From a virus (taxonomy: Duplodnaviria > Caudoviricetes): a stretch of DNA of 64,000 nt. The notes below the pieces were generated by a model that was not told where the DNA came from, ran no database searches, and saw only the letters and a program-made list of their open reading frames with translations. The stretch is from positions 189,103-253,102 of the IMG/VR virus record IMGVR_UViG_3300029288_000063; one strand, 5' to 3'. The stretch's first letter is position 1. Each line of letters begins with the position of its first letter. Shown in pieces: positions 34,501 through 44,544 of the stretch. A program made the position numbers and the translations under genes.

Positions 34501-36920
34501 CAAAGGCGGCAGCAGAACTCGGAAAAGCCAAGGCTGAACAGGCGAGACGTGTTAATGAGTTGTTTAACGCGGGTATGAATGCGGATGCGTATGCGGCACA
34601 AGACAAACTCAAGGCAGACAATATTGCCTATAAAGAAGCCCAAGAGGCTGTTGCTGAAAAACAGAAAGAGATTCTTAAGCTTGTTGAAAATATGGGTGGT
34701 TCAGCGGCTTTGGAATTAGCTCGTCATCGAGAACTCAAAACCTCGGAAGAGAAGTTGGTTGAAATATCGAAAAAGCATCTGTCGTCTCTTGCGTCGGAGC
34801 GTCAATCCGTTGAAAAGCGCATTGCGGGGTTGAAGCTCTTGAAGGATTCGTCAGAAAAAGCCGCGAATATGCAGAAGGCCCAGAACGACCTTTTGATGTT
34901 GGAAAAGAAAAGCGTAGAGGCGTCTGTTGAGTCGTTGAATGATGTTCTTAATTCGCTTGAAAAAATGGTAGACTTGTCAGAGCAAGACCCGATGGTGACC
35001 CAGTTAAAGCGTGAGGGTGAACTTATTGGTCAGAAACTTGAGCTTGCCCGTTTGAACGGACAAAGTGCCGCCGAGTTCGCGGAGAGTCTCGAAAACAGCG
35101 TGAGTTTATACGACACCCAAATAGGGATTATAGATCGGGCTATTTCAGATTTAGAGCTTGTTTCTAAAGGCGGGGGTGAGTTGGGGAAGGCTCTTGAAGC
35201 TGTTGGCAGGAGTTATAACGAAGCTAAAAATGTTTCGGCTGATACGTTGTCCGGGAGGGATATCAGTATTAGTGGTAAAGATGCGTCGTCGCTGTTTGAC
35301 GAGCAGATTTCTGGAATACAAAAAGCGCACGAGAAACTTCGTGAGGCAACGAGTAATGGTAATAAAGAGCAGATAAAAGCTGCCGCAGAAGAGGTTCTTG
35401 CGAAGAAGGCAATCTTTAACAAGACTCTTGAGGAAACGAAAAAAATATATAAGGAGAAGTCTGGTCAGGAGCTTGATTTGTCGACGGTGGAAAATATGTT
35501 GGACTCTGCCGTAACATATGCGTCCGGCTTGGCAGGTAGTGTTGAGGCGTCTAAAGAAAAGTTGTTTGCCAAGAGGGCTGAGGTTGAGGTTGGGAAGAGA
35601 AATGAGATTTACGAAAAACTCAACAATCAAATTGCCGGGTTTGATGAATCTGAGGTACAGCGTTCCGCGCAAGCCCTTCAGGAAGCAGCGTCTGCCCAAG
35701 CGGACCTAGCCGTTGCCCTTGGGGATTCTGTGTTGGCTAGTAGTGCGTTTGAGGGGTCGATTGACTCTGTGTCGTCCAGTGTGTCCGATATGCTTAAAAA
35801 TATAGCGCAAAGTCGTGCCGAGATAGATAATGAACGTGACAAAGGCAACTTGACAGCGTTTCAATATGCGACGGCTATAGCAAATCTTGCGGCGAAAGAG
35901 GCTGCGGCGAAACAGTCGTCGTATGAAAAATCCGTTGATGCGTCACAAAAGCTATTGGATGCCAATGTTCGTGGGTTTGATATTGCGTCGGAGTCCATTC
36001 AGGAACAAGTGTCGTTTTTGGAGGATATTGGTGGAAGTTACGAGCAAATATTCGAACTTCGTTCACAGGAAATAGCGTTGCAAAGTGCGCGTGTAAGGGA
36101 AGAACAGGAGCATGTTGCGCGAATCGAGGAGATGCATAAGAATGGTCGTGCCTCCGAGTTGCAGGTTATGGAGGCTCGCCTTGGATTGCAGAAATCTCAA
36201 AACGAGCTTCAGAAGAAATCCATGACGGCACAGAAGGACGCATACGAGAAGATGATTGGTTATGCGTTCGGTGCCATTCGTTCGTCGCGTGGTGCCCGGC
36301 GGTTGATGGATAACCAGTCAAGGTTTTTCGGTACGGGTCGTGTCGAGGCTCCGGGTGGGATGACGGTACGTGGTGAGGCGAAAACGATGGAGCAGCAAAG
36401 GTTTGCCCTAGAATCGGCCAGCGGATTGTCCGGTGGCGGTTTGAGTGTTGCCTCGCGTGATCTGTCTCGTGGTATCGTTGGGAATGCGATGCAGGGAAAT
36501 GCGTTTGGGATGGGTGGGGCGTTTGCGGGGAAGTATGAGTCCGCACCGCCGTCAGGTTTGGCGGCGTCGACATCTGAAGCGTTGGTTAAAGACGTGAGGG
36601 AAGGGATAGAACACGCATCCGGCATATCTCCTGTTGCCGGTGCATCGTTCGGAGGTGTGCCGTTAAGGAGTGGGGGTGGGGTCGTTGATGCGAGGAGGTC
36701 GTCGTTTGAAGGTACGTCGGAGGTAATGCCGCCGCTCTTGGGTGGTGATTTGTCGAAAGTCAATAAGGTTGATGTTGCCGTGGGTGGACAGGTTAAGGTT
36801 GAGTTCAACTCGGCGATGTTCCGTGATGCTGTTATTGATATTGTTGCTCGCGAAATAGGTCAGACAGGATCGTTGACGTCATCATTTGATCAGCGTTATC
36901 CCGCGAAGGGGAGTATTTAG
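31542..36920 (+). CDS. tape measure protein
   Basis: 1792 aa, Ala/Glu/Ser-rich coiled coil with hydrophobic Gly/Ala segments; canonical position after tube and chaperone genes. Confidence 0.85.
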   Translation: MPKDINEAIEKDAVRIASASKAISEQMQGTVSAIEVSEQYTKVILAHAAAEKAYLKALNDKEGKEKAEQKRKEALIAVLISEEQKLEASKRSMEAFSDAISRGLDETTAISEAQSSYNDIIDDFIAGSEAMKDQIDEVVDEMESYSREVNEAAIGTSFLAQKQHEAKEEAEDFAGGLGKSATGAMAVGVAMVFAATKISELSDSFSDTAKEFAKFNIEARTLSKSSLIAPGGFEQIEAMRAELALTRDESLAFFEVLQDGTSSGVDSVMGLAEAAEHLHDAFGEDPTSRLQNYIDLLKEIPTLDMDLSITASMDDQTAAWFALAEKGKVSQAIELQIAGLMGGNKDELDKTIPQGEREIIQRLDRAEKIEDDIYKELSLAFPPILLQGGKLVGTAISIAAGVTGVYVSAVATKRILGNVLKESEKTVDLLGEISRGQLLSSGNRSSVDTLSGRGISRTIRGSIVEAFRESKGVFKDALKMRGMVSETGGTIGRFAATRLGVTAAGKAAAGSLASSAMASGGGVSKLGLAGLSGALKALTTQVGLSQGALGGLTTAATSGAAGMSGAAAVAGTAASVFAVAVGGIAAAVLPIYAAGKYGELAGDMMLDASKSLSDTRIGKAFDGLLTAINPVSASLYVLSGGTHSFSDSMKGAGKQLKLIGSYWAEAGNSILDWLSYDEKAENLRKKEQAEALRVYRANSDVVKSLQKTQQSALHLEKALKKIDSAANTDAVALSKMNMEISSMKLEELSQIGGSVADFGIAVRDGADAVTRGYSQQMRALKRARDTIENDAKLQPAMRAAALAKLHKAEMEAAASFIDGMMRMTGNFKNIPSVAKKELQIGIRNALVDVSASIGSGLSGSSYDKVSANFKDSLSASADVADQMAADLSRAREKVLKARENAPNVAGQVKTDLKLASDYLEKSSPEEAALSAKLKGSLDIGTDVKFKKGMEHVGEEIANEAQTMIDKLSKDLGDVNPMELVTDYESLSKAAAELGKAKAEQARRVNELFNAGMNADAYAAQDKLKADNIAYKEAQEAVAEKQKEILKLVENMGGSAALELARHRELKTSEEKLVEISKKHLSSLASERQSVEKRIAGLKLLKDSSEKAANMQKAQNDLLMLEKKSVEASVESLNDVLNSLEKMVDLSEQDPMVTQLKREGELIGQKLELARLNGQSAAEFAESLENSVSLYDTQIGIIDRAISDLELVSKGGGELGKALEAVGRSYNEAKNVSADTLSGRDISISGKDASSLFDEQISGIQKAHEKLREATSNGNKEQIKAAAEEVLAKKAIFNKTLEETKKIYKEKSGQELDLSTVENMLDSAVTYASGLAGSVEASKEKLFAKRAEVEVGKRNEIYEKLNNQIAGFDESEVQRSAQALQEAASAQADLAVALGDSVLASSAFEGSIDSVSSSVSDMLKNIAQSRAEIDNERDKGNLTAFQYATAIANLAAKEAAAKQSSYEKSVDASQKLLDANVRGFDIASESIQEQVSFLEDIGGSYEQIFELRSQEIALQSARVREEQEHVARIEEMHKNGRASELQVMEARLGLQKSQNELQKKSMTAQKDAYEKMIGYAFGAIRSSRGARRLMDNQSRFFGTGRVEAPGGMTVRGEAKTMEQQRFALESASGLSGGGLSVASRDLSRGIVGNAMQGNAFGMGGAFAGKYESAPPSGLAASTSEALVKDVREGIEHASGISPVAGASFGGVPLRSGGGVVDARRSSFEGTSEVMPPLLGGDLSKVNKVDVAVGGQVKVEFNSAMFRDAVIDIVAREIGQTGSLTSSFDQRYPAKGSI

Positions 36921-36922
36921 TT

Positions 36923-39598
36923 ATGGCTCTTGATAATCCCGTTGCGTCTCTGGCGTTTAATATTCCGTGTCCGGAAGCGGAGGACATGGTTTATGATCGT
37001 TGGGAAACACTTTTGATGTCCAAAGAGAATATGCGGACGTATGGGATAACATATCCGGAAGACCCCTCGTTTTCAGGGTCTCAAGAGCCCTTTTCATCAT
37101 CCTCTCTTCCGGAAGGTCAGAGGTCTATATATTTTTACAGGATGGAACGTGCGAATGGAACGGAGCGTCCCGCATTTGTAAGTCAGAGTCTTTGGCCAGC
37201 AGAGATAGATAGTGGATATATGAGGAATGCCCCGTCCGGGTTCTTGTCGGGGAACGGGTCGTTGATGCCGAAACTTATTGTGACGTCTGACCTTTTGTTC
37301 GATAACGGTGTAAAGGCGATTGAGAAATGGCGGGCACTTACAAGTGCGGCTGAGGGGACTAAGAGCCTGTTTAACTGGGATGTTTTAAATCCTGAGTCTG
37401 CGGCTGTCATAACTGATAAGGCAGAAGTTTCGAAAGCATTGCAACTCGGAAGTCCCGTTGTCGGGTCTCGGCACGTGTCGCTTAAAACCAAGGATGAGAG
37501 CTTTCCTGACCCGGCGGTGACGGAGCCTGTTCCGTCACTTGGGTGGTTGCGTTTGGATCAACTCGGAACTGAAGGTCCAACCCCGAACGACAGATGGATG
37601 CCGAACGAGTTGGTTCTTTCGGGCGCGTTTTGTATTTTTGTGAATATGGTTCCGTTGAGTCTTTCGAAAACACGGCTCGATTTCGCCCAAAAGATGAAAT
37701 CGGAGGTAGTGTTCGAGTTCGGCGAGGTTACGATGACACTTGGTGAGAGCGGTTCGCTCCTCGTAACCATTGGGAACACAACGACTCGTGTGCAGCTTGT
37801 CGAGGCGTCGGCGAGTGAGGGTCCGTCGCAGTCCCTTTCTGTTAAAGGCGTCAAGAAATATCTTATTACGGTGTATCCTGTTTGGAACGGTATTGTTGTT
37901 TCGAGTGGTATTCAGGATGTTGCCAACGTGCGTGATGTGTCGTCGGTCTTTTGTCCGAAGACGCCGGGTGCCAACGTGATGATGACGCCGTATCTTGATC
38001 CGCCGTTTGATCCGCAAGACCCGGATGATATTGTCGAGGTCGAGTATGCGTCGTTCCCTGATGTTGTGGTTAATATGGGCACGAAGTTAGACGTGAAAAC
38101 GACTAATTGTCGTATTGATCTCGCGTATATCCCGTGCTTTTTTTCGAAGGTTTCGAAGTTTGATATCATCTTTGTTGGTTCGAAGGATACCGATTCGACG
38201 ACGGGGATGAAGTACCAACAACGTGTGTTTCCGATTTGGTCGAAGAACGGAAATAGTGATGCTATTCTGAAGATCAATGGTTCGACAGACCCTGACGATT
38301 GGAACGCAGTACCATTGCCGAGCTATCTCGGTGGTCCGTTGGATTTCCCGAACTCTGGCGGCAAGATGGAGTATCGGTGTATTACTGTTGAGATAGACAT
38401 GAAGTCGGAAAACAACACCTTTTCCAGATATGCACCGGAAATACTTGGATTTTATATGCGTTATCGTGAGATAGATGATGTTGGGTCTGTTTCGAATCCG
38501 AACTCTGTTCCCGGTGAGCCGTTTGATGTGACGTGGACGGGTGGAACACATGGTGACCCTGAATACACCGGGTCGTGGCAAGACTACATACAGTCAATAA
38601 ACGTGTCGCTTGGTTTAGATGGTTCGACTGCGACGATTATTGTAGATAAGTACGGATGTGCCGGTTGGAATGCGTTGGTGAATCAGTCTATTGGTGCGAT
38701 TACGATAGATATCGCGGGTGGTCCGTTCCCTGAAAGATGTGGTCGTATCTTTTCCGGGCTTGCCTTCGGGGTTGGGGATTCCGGGTCTGCCGACTCCAAT
38801 ACATGGACGATTCAGTGCTATGGGTTGGAGAGGAAGTTACAAGAAATACTTCTTATTCTTCCTCCGTTTTTTGACGGGATGACGGTGAACGAGTGCACAA
38901 GGTTTTTGTGTCGTTACGCCGGTATCTATAGGAATTTTGATAATTTCGGGAGTCCGGATCAGCACGATGTCAAGCTTGGCAGTAGTTCGCGCTCGGATTC
39001 CCCGAAATATAATTTTGCGACGGGTACGTCTGTGAATGACGCGTTGATGGAAACTATGAATAATTCCTCGGTTGTTTGGATTTGTCAGCCGGACGGCGTT
39101 ATGCATCTGTATAGTCTCAATCCGACGACGTCGTTGCCGAAGGTTCCGCATACTGATTACTCGTCGTCCTATCCGTATGCGAGTATTATGTCGACGGATT
39201 TGCAGCCGGACTTTGAGGATTTGAGGAACGAGATTGTAACTATTGCGTTGAGAGATATTGGTATATCCACGGGTGCCACGCCTGATTCTGCTCCTGTGAT
39301 GCCGTATGTTCTTTCGGTAGAAAACACCACGGTTCCGGAGTTTCCGTGGTCGAAAAGAATGGTGATGCCGTTCAAGGGCGTTATGACGGCGGAAGAGCAA
39401 CAGTTGGCGACTGACAGATTGAAAACGTCCGCATCGAAATATGAATTGATTGGAAAGACCCAGATAACGGGAGATGCAAGGATTTGGCCATATTCGTCGT
39501 GGGGTTCCGGCGTTGTGGTTTCGGCCGTTTCGCATAGTGTTGATTTTATAAATAAGACTTGGACGACAGATTTGGAATTTTCGAAGTCCGGCACGTAA
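36923..39598 (+). CDS. baseplate hub/tail tip protein
   Basis: Follows tape measure; C-terminal hub-like motifs (ICQPDGVMHL, GDARIWP, VSAVSHSVD..WTTDLEF). Confidence 0.6.
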   Translation: MALDNPVASLAFNIPCPEAEDMVYDRWETLLMSKENMRTYGITYPEDPSFSGSQEPFSSSSLPEGQRSIYFYRMERANGTERPAFVSQSLWPAEIDSGYMRNAPSGFLSGNGSLMPKLIVTSDLLFDNGVKAIEKWRALTSAAEGTKSLFNWDVLNPESAAVITDKAEVSKALQLGSPVVGSRHVSLKTKDESFPDPAVTEPVPSLGWLRLDQLGTEGPTPNDRWMPNELVLSGAFCIFVNMVPLSLSKTRLDFAQKMKSEVVFEFGEVTMTLGESGSLLVTIGNTTTRVQLVEASASEGPSQSLSVKGVKKYLITVYPVWNGIVVSSGIQDVANVRDVSSVFCPKTPGANVMMTPYLDPPFDPQDPDDIVEVEYASFPDVVVNMGTKLDVKTTNCRIDLAYIPCFFSKVSKFDIIFVGSKDTDSTTGMKYQQRVFPIWSKNGNSDAILKINGSTDPDDWNAVPLPSYLGGPLDFPNSGGKMEYRCITVEIDMKSENNTFSRYAPEILGFYMRYREIDDVGSVSNPNSVPGEPFDVTWTGGTHGDPEYTGSWQDYIQSINVSLGLDGSTATIIVDKYGCAGWNALVNQSIGAITIDIAGGPFPERCGRIFSGLAFGVGDSGSADSNTWTIQCYGLERKLQEILLILPPFFDGMTVNECTRFLCRYAGIYRNFDNFGSPDQHDVKLGSSSRSDSPKYNFATGTSVNDALMETMNNSSVVWICQPDGVMHLYSLNPTTSLPKVPHTDYSSSYPYASIMSTDLQPDFEDLRNEIVTIALRDIGISTGATPDSAPVMPYVLSVENTTVPEFPWSKRMVMPFKGVMTAEEQQLATDRLKTSASKYELIGKTQITGDARIWPYSSWGSGVVVSAVSHSVDFINKTWTTDLEFSKSGT

Positions 39599-39617
39599 AA
39601 ATATAAGGTGGGATGAC

Positions 39618-39818
39618 ATGTCAAAGAGTGCTGCGGCATATTTTATGAGTCGTGCTGTTATGTATGCGTCGAATCCCGGAACGTACGGTAACGAAACCGC
39701 AGCGAAAACGTCACCGTCAGCAGGCAATACCGGGGAAGGGAAGGAAAAAGACGCGATGGGTCGTTTTCTTTTTGTGTGCAATGTTTCCGAAGTCGATGGT
39801 GATTGTGTGGTGGAGTAA
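39618..39818 (+). CDS. small tail-tip-associated hypothetical protein
   Basis: RBS-like GGTGG; fills the gap. Confidence 0.55.
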   Translation: MSKSAAAYFMSRAVMYASNPGTYGNETAAKTSPSAGNTGEGKEKDAMGRFLFVCNVSEVDGDCVVE

Positions 39819-39823
39819 AGACC

Positions 39824-40789
39824 ATGTATAATAGAAGAACAAGCTTTTTTGGCATCCCCGTTCCCGCTCCGGGTGACAAAATCGTGTCACAAGAAGAGAT
39901 GCGGAAATTTCGCATTATAGAAAACCAGCTTCTTGCGGCGTCAAGGGGGGCGTTATGTGCCATATATGAGGATGGTGTGTATTCGTGCTCGGTTAAAGAT
40001 GATGGTTCGTACGTCGTGCGCTGTGCGTCGTACGGTGGGAAGCCGTCGCTTCTTGGTGTGTTGAACTATGGGTTGGCGAAATCGTTCTCCACAATTCGCT
40101 GGGAAGGTTTGTTTGCCGGGAAAAAATATTACCTCTATGTGAATTGGTCTGCAACACTTTACGAGGACGAGACGTCGTTTGTTGTGTCAATCTCCACATC
40201 ACCGGTACAACAGACGGATAAGAACCTTTTGATGGCAACGGTAGATTTGTCCAACACGCAAAACATTGTGATTGATTCGAATCCTGATGGCAAACTGTAT
40301 GTGAAGGATTTTGCCCAGCATATAGGCGACAACATCAATCCTCATTCGCCTGTCCTTATTCAGGACGTATTACAGGTAAGGGATCGTATTGTTTTTGATG
40401 CAACATATGATTCACCGGCAATTGAGTCATTTGGTGAAATGACTTTTAAGGATAAGCGTGCAAGCGTTACCCTTTCTGATGAGGATAACACAGAGTTAAA
40501 GACAGAGAAAAAGTCTGTTGTCGGGGCTATTAACGAACTGTGCGACAGGGAACGTTCCGTGGTGGTGGAGGCGTCGTATGCCGGTTCTGCTGGCGTTCTG
40601 TGCTCTGTCGTCGGTGAAGTCCTTGGCGTGTATGTATCGACGGTTTTTGGCGGTGTTCCCGAGGGTGGTGTTGGCGAGGTTGAGGTTGAATATGCCAGTG
40701 ATGGGAATGATCTGAATGCTTCTTCCTTTCGCGTGTATAATTCCGGTGGTAGTGGTGGTTTGTTCCGTGCTTTGGTCCTGTATAGGTGA
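39824..40789 (+). CDS. tail fibre/tip-associated protein
   Basis: LKTEKKSVVGAINEL fibre motif; GKKYYLYV; HIGDNINPH. Confidence 0.6.
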   Translation: MYNRRTSFFGIPVPAPGDKIVSQEEMRKFRIIENQLLAASRGALCAIYEDGVYSCSVKDDGSYVVRCASYGGKPSLLGVLNYGLAKSFSTIRWEGLFAGKKYYLYVNWSATLYEDETSFVVSISTSPVQQTDKNLLMATVDLSNTQNIVIDSNPDGKLYVKDFAQHIGDNINPHSPVLIQDVLQVRDRIVFDATYDSPAIESFGEMTFKDKRASVTLSDEDNTELKTEKKSVVGAINELCDRERSVVVEASYAGSAGVLCSVVGEVLGVYVSTVFGGVPEGGVGEVEVEYASDGNDLNASSFRVYNSGGSGGLFRALVLYR

Positions 40790-40792
40790 TTT

Positions 40793-43762
40793 ATGGCGAA
40801 TACCCCATATGTTCATGTCGGTAGAAAACCTGAGATTATTTGTCTCAGAGACAGAGACTTTATTGCCTTTGTAACTGATACTGTGGGTTGCTTTTCATAT
40901 GCGTCGGAAGACGATGATGAGTGTACCGACAGGACTCCCACTGATGACGAAACGATGTCATTATCCATGAAAGCGGATGATGATGGCGTTTGGCAGTATC
41001 AAGCGACGGTTGCTGAATACCCCAAAAAGGGTGACAGGGTTGTTATGTGGTATCGTCTGTCGCAGGAGGGTGTTATTACCGCCCCTCCGAGGTTTTTGTA
41101 TTATATAGATGAAAACGACCCTGATGGGTCGGGTGCATTGGCTAAGTTGTTGCCGTTTCGGGAAGTTATTAGTCCGAGTTTCTCGTACGATTCCGATTCG
41201 AATACGCTTTCTATGTTTTTTTGGACGAATTATAGTGAATTTATTGGGGTCGGGGATGTTATTGACCCGACGAAAGTCATTCGTCTAAACGAGGGCGAGT
41301 TTGACCTGACGAAAGATGAGTACAAGCATTGTTATAGGGTGTTCTGTGTCGCCCGTGGCAACATTTTTCATATGAATGCCCAAGGCGGATATGCTGCTAG
41401 GTTTGAATTTTATGGTGGTGCTGCGCCGGATACACAGAAAAACCCGGATATGATTCCGTTATTTCAGAGACCTGTGTGCGTAGACACGCTGACGTTGGAT
41501 CAGGTGTCCGATGGATTGGTGCCGATTGTTGATTTTGTTCCGCTGGGAGGTGCCGGGTCAACCCCGGCAATGTTTCGGTCTGAACTTCAAACAGTGACGT
41601 GTCCGAAAGCAGAAATTGAAGGTGAGCCGGTGGATATTCCACCGGATGAAGGTGTTAATGTCGTCGATTCACTTTGTATTGGCGGTGATGGTAGATGGTT
41701 GCGTATAACGGCTGTAGACGGGGAAGGCGAACGTATATCGGAATATATACCATCCTTTTCTCTGGCGTTTGATGTCGCAGATCCATCCGGCTCCACGCTT
41801 ACATTTTCTCCTGTCGGCACCGGATGTGAAATAAACTATCTTCAAACTCATTGGTATGCGTGGCTAGATGATGTCAACGCTTGGATTGCCGCATATACTG
41901 CGTGGTTAGCAACCAATAGGGTAGAACCTGAACCTGAACCTCCAATGTTAAATGGTGTAGATGCAAATGAACACGGCGAAGCACTGCTTATTATGTTGTT
42001 GTCCAGAACGTCTCCTCCGGATGTAGCAGACGTCATCAACGCTCATCAGGCATATGTAGATGGTGTGCGTGTTGATGCGTTTCTGAATCTTTACGAATTG
42101 TGGAGAGCTGATAGCTGGTTGTTCTTTGAATCCGCGTATGATGTGTGGGTTATAGCGTGGAATGCTTGGTATGCTGGTGGACAGGTAGGACCTGAACCGG
42201 CTATGCCGGATTTGCCCGAAAGTCGACCGGCAAACAATGACGAAGTTGAGGATTGTTCTGATCCAGATGTTGAAGATTTGGTTGATGAGTTAGGAGTATT
42301 TGATACGGATTATGCGGCGTTTCAATCCGCAATAACATCGTGGGATCACGCAAGTGCTCCACCTACGTGTCCCGATGCTCCCTCCCTTGCGACGCCATAT
42401 GTTGCTCCGCCAGATTATGACTTAGAGCCTGATCCCGGCTTGGATCATTCAGGTGGTGGAACGTGGCTTATGGGGCAGTGGCTTGGGATTGTCCACGTTT
42501 CGGGTCCAACTACGAGTGGTGCAGGTTTTTTGACGTTGACTGCGGCGGATTGTGAAACATCTACGGAGTTAAATCCTTCGCTTGGTTATTCGTGGAGTGT
42601 TGTGAAATGGGTTCTATGTGATGCATGTGGTTACAATCCCGGATGGTATTGTGTATATAACGATGATACTGGAGAATGGGAACCGCAATACTCAACGACA
42701 AAGCCAATCGAAGCAAGTATGGGACCATTCGAGACCTCACAGGAGGTTCTCGATGCTGGCTGTGATTGTTATGAGACTATAGCTGGTTTAGGTACAGTTT
42801 ATACAATGTATGAACTGGATTTGACATGTACGAAGTCCGCCTTTAATGTTGTCTATTCGGGTCCGTTCTACACATACATAGAACAGGATGTGAAGCTCAC
42901 ACTGAAGCTGAAGCAGATCGGAACCAAGGTAGTAATGTATGACGTGGATTTGGCGTATGGCATCCCGACCCGTGACTCCATATACGATCCCTTTGTTTAT
43001 ATCCCAACGTCCTATAAAGGGTCGTATAACATCGAACATGCCGACGTGTGCGACATTTACAATAATATTGAGATCGGCAAGGCGCGTATTGCGATCAGCG
43101 AAAACATCGAGCCGACGGGCTATCCGGTCCCTCATTCATGTGGCCCGGAAAACTTGCCCTACCGTTTTACTATAAATTTCCTGTGGTATTTGTGGCCCAC
43201 CTTTGCCTTCAATAACGAGACGGGCGAAATCCTTGGTGCGTGGTCGGCCAACGGGAATGGCGGGACGTGCTGGTACAATGTCATCATCCCCGGCACGTCG
43301 GGCACTCTGAAGCGCACGCAGATTTTCTGCCCGTCGTTCGAAGTTCCAGAAGGCAGTTATGTCCTGACAACATGGACTACATATTATGATTGCAATTTAG
43401 GGTGGTCGACTATTACTTTGGTCACGGCGACAACAACAACTGATCCAGATTACGATACAGGTTGGGAAGTTGATCCATATTCGCCCAATTCGTATACGCG
43501 TACATGGGCTAGTTCTTGTATGCCGGATTATCCTGATGTCACACCAACATGCTACTATTTGTGGGAAGTAATGTACTCATGTACGAGTTCTTCGGGGGGT
43601 GTTTGGGGTGAAATTTCTGGTTATGTAACAGAGTTTGGACCAGAGCAGCCGTGGAGTGTCTATCCGTGGAGTCTTTGCGAATTCTACTGCTCCTGTGTCA
43701 CAACATCAAGCACACCGCCATCGCTTCCGGGAGAACCGGATTGTAGTGATTGTCCTCTATAA
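40793..43762 (+). CDS. large acidic Cys/Trp/Tyr-rich protein, probable tail-tip/receptor-binding component
   Basis: 989 aa; end of tail module; internal Trp-rich helical repeats and Cys-rich C-terminal repeats. Confidence 0.6.
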   Translation: MANTPYVHVGRKPEIICLRDRDFIAFVTDTVGCFSYASEDDDECTDRTPTDDETMSLSMKADDDGVWQYQATVAEYPKKGDRVVMWYRLSQEGVITAPPRFLYYIDENDPDGSGALAKLLPFREVISPSFSYDSDSNTLSMFFWTNYSEFIGVGDVIDPTKVIRLNEGEFDLTKDEYKHCYRVFCVARGNIFHMNAQGGYAARFEFYGGAAPDTQKNPDMIPLFQRPVCVDTLTLDQVSDGLVPIVDFVPLGGAGSTPAMFRSELQTVTCPKAEIEGEPVDIPPDEGVNVVDSLCIGGDGRWLRITAVDGEGERISEYIPSFSLAFDVADPSGSTLTFSPVGTGCEINYLQTHWYAWLDDVNAWIAAYTAWLATNRVEPEPEPPMLNGVDANEHGEALLIMLLSRTSPPDVADVINAHQAYVDGVRVDAFLNLYELWRADSWLFFESAYDVWVIAWNAWYAGGQVGPEPAMPDLPESRPANNDEVEDCSDPDVEDLVDELGVFDTDYAAFQSAITSWDHASAPPTCPDAPSLATPYVAPPDYDLEPDPGLDHSGGGTWLMGQWLGIVHVSGPTTSGAGFLTLTAADCETSTELNPSLGYSWSVVKWVLCDACGYNPGWYCVYNDDTGEWEPQYSTTKPIEASMGPFETSQEVLDAGCDCYETIAGLGTVYTMYELDLTCTKSAFNVVYSGPFYTYIEQDVKLTLKLKQIGTKVVMYDVDLAYGIPTRDSIYDPFVYIPTSYKGSYNIEHADVCDIYNNIEIGKARIAISENIEPTGYPVPHSCGPENLPYRFTINFLWYLWPTFAFNNETGEILGAWSANGNGGTCWYNVIIPGTSGTLKRTQIFCPSFEVPEGSYVLTTWTTYYDCNLGWSTITLVTATTTTDPDYDTGWEVDPYSPNSYTRTWASSCMPDYPDVTPTCYYLWEVMYSCTSSSGGVWGEISGYVTEFGPEQPWSVYPWSLCEFYCSCVTTSSTPPSLPGEPDCSDCPL

Positions 43763-43780
43763 GACTAAGGGAGAATCGAC

Positions 43781-44221
43781 ATGGATGAAGAGGAAAAACT
43801 TTCGGAGCGTTTGTCGAACAGCGTAGCCGAGGTTCGTCTTCTCTTGGACACGATGTCGTCTGAGAGTAGAAGGCAATTTGTTGTTCGGTATATGGTGTTT
43901 CTTGAGAATACAGTTAGGTCGATGAAAAGGATTGTTGATTTTGTTGAGTCTGAATCTGTATCTGAGAAAACAACGTCTGGAAGGGTTATTACGGGTGCTC
44001 CGGTGTCTGTGACGAAACTTTCGAATCCTGAAATGTTTCGTGCCGGTCCCTGTATGTTTCTTGGTGACAAAGTTGACTCGGAAACAAAAACGTGTTGCGG
44101 TGGGAAGGAAAAGAAGGTTGATGTTTTTGAGTGCAAAAATGGCGTGAAAAATGGTCGTGTTGTTGAGACGGATTGCCTGTCGTGTCAGTTGTATACGTCG
44201 AGGTCTGAAGGGAATGGATAA
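43781..44221 (+). CDS. hypothetical Cys-rich protein
   Basis: GGAG RBS; C..CCGG..C..CLSC. Confidence 0.65.
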   Translation: MDEEEKLSERLSNSVAEVRLLLDTMSSESRRQFVVRYMVFLENTVRSMKRIVDFVESESVSEKTTSGRVITGAPVSVTKLSNPEMFRAGPCMFLGDKVDSETKTCCGGKEKKVDVFECKNGVKNGRVVETDCLSCQLYTSRSEGNG

Positions 44222-44495
44222 CAGGTTATTTCTTTCATGGGGATGTGCGGAGTGTTCCGTGGTGAAGGAACGTCTCAACCCTGATGCAATCTTCTCTGAC
44301 GGCTTCCGTTGCATCGACGGAAGCAAGCTGTTGGTATATTATGCGTTTTCGAATCAAGGGTGTAGGGATTTGTTGGATAGGTATGGTCTTGAGGGGAAGT
44401 TTTCCCCGGTATTATTGGTTGGTGATAGTATCGTTCTGGATTCCGTTGAGGAAATTCTTGTGTTTCTCGGTCGTCTAGGGGCGTCTCGAATATAG
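44214..44495 (+). CDS. glutaredoxin/thioredoxin-like protein
   Basis: LFLSWGCAECSVVK (CxxC) and SPVLLV cis-Pro motif. Confidence 0.6.
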   Translation: MDNRLFLSWGCAECSVVKERLNPDAIFSDGFRCIDGSKLLVYYAFSNQGCRDLLDRYGLEGKFSPVLLVGDSIVLDSVEEILVFLGRLGASRI

Positions 44496-44544
44496 TTTTT
44501 TTATATGTCGCATATGATAGTTGATTCTTTTATGGAGGAATAAA

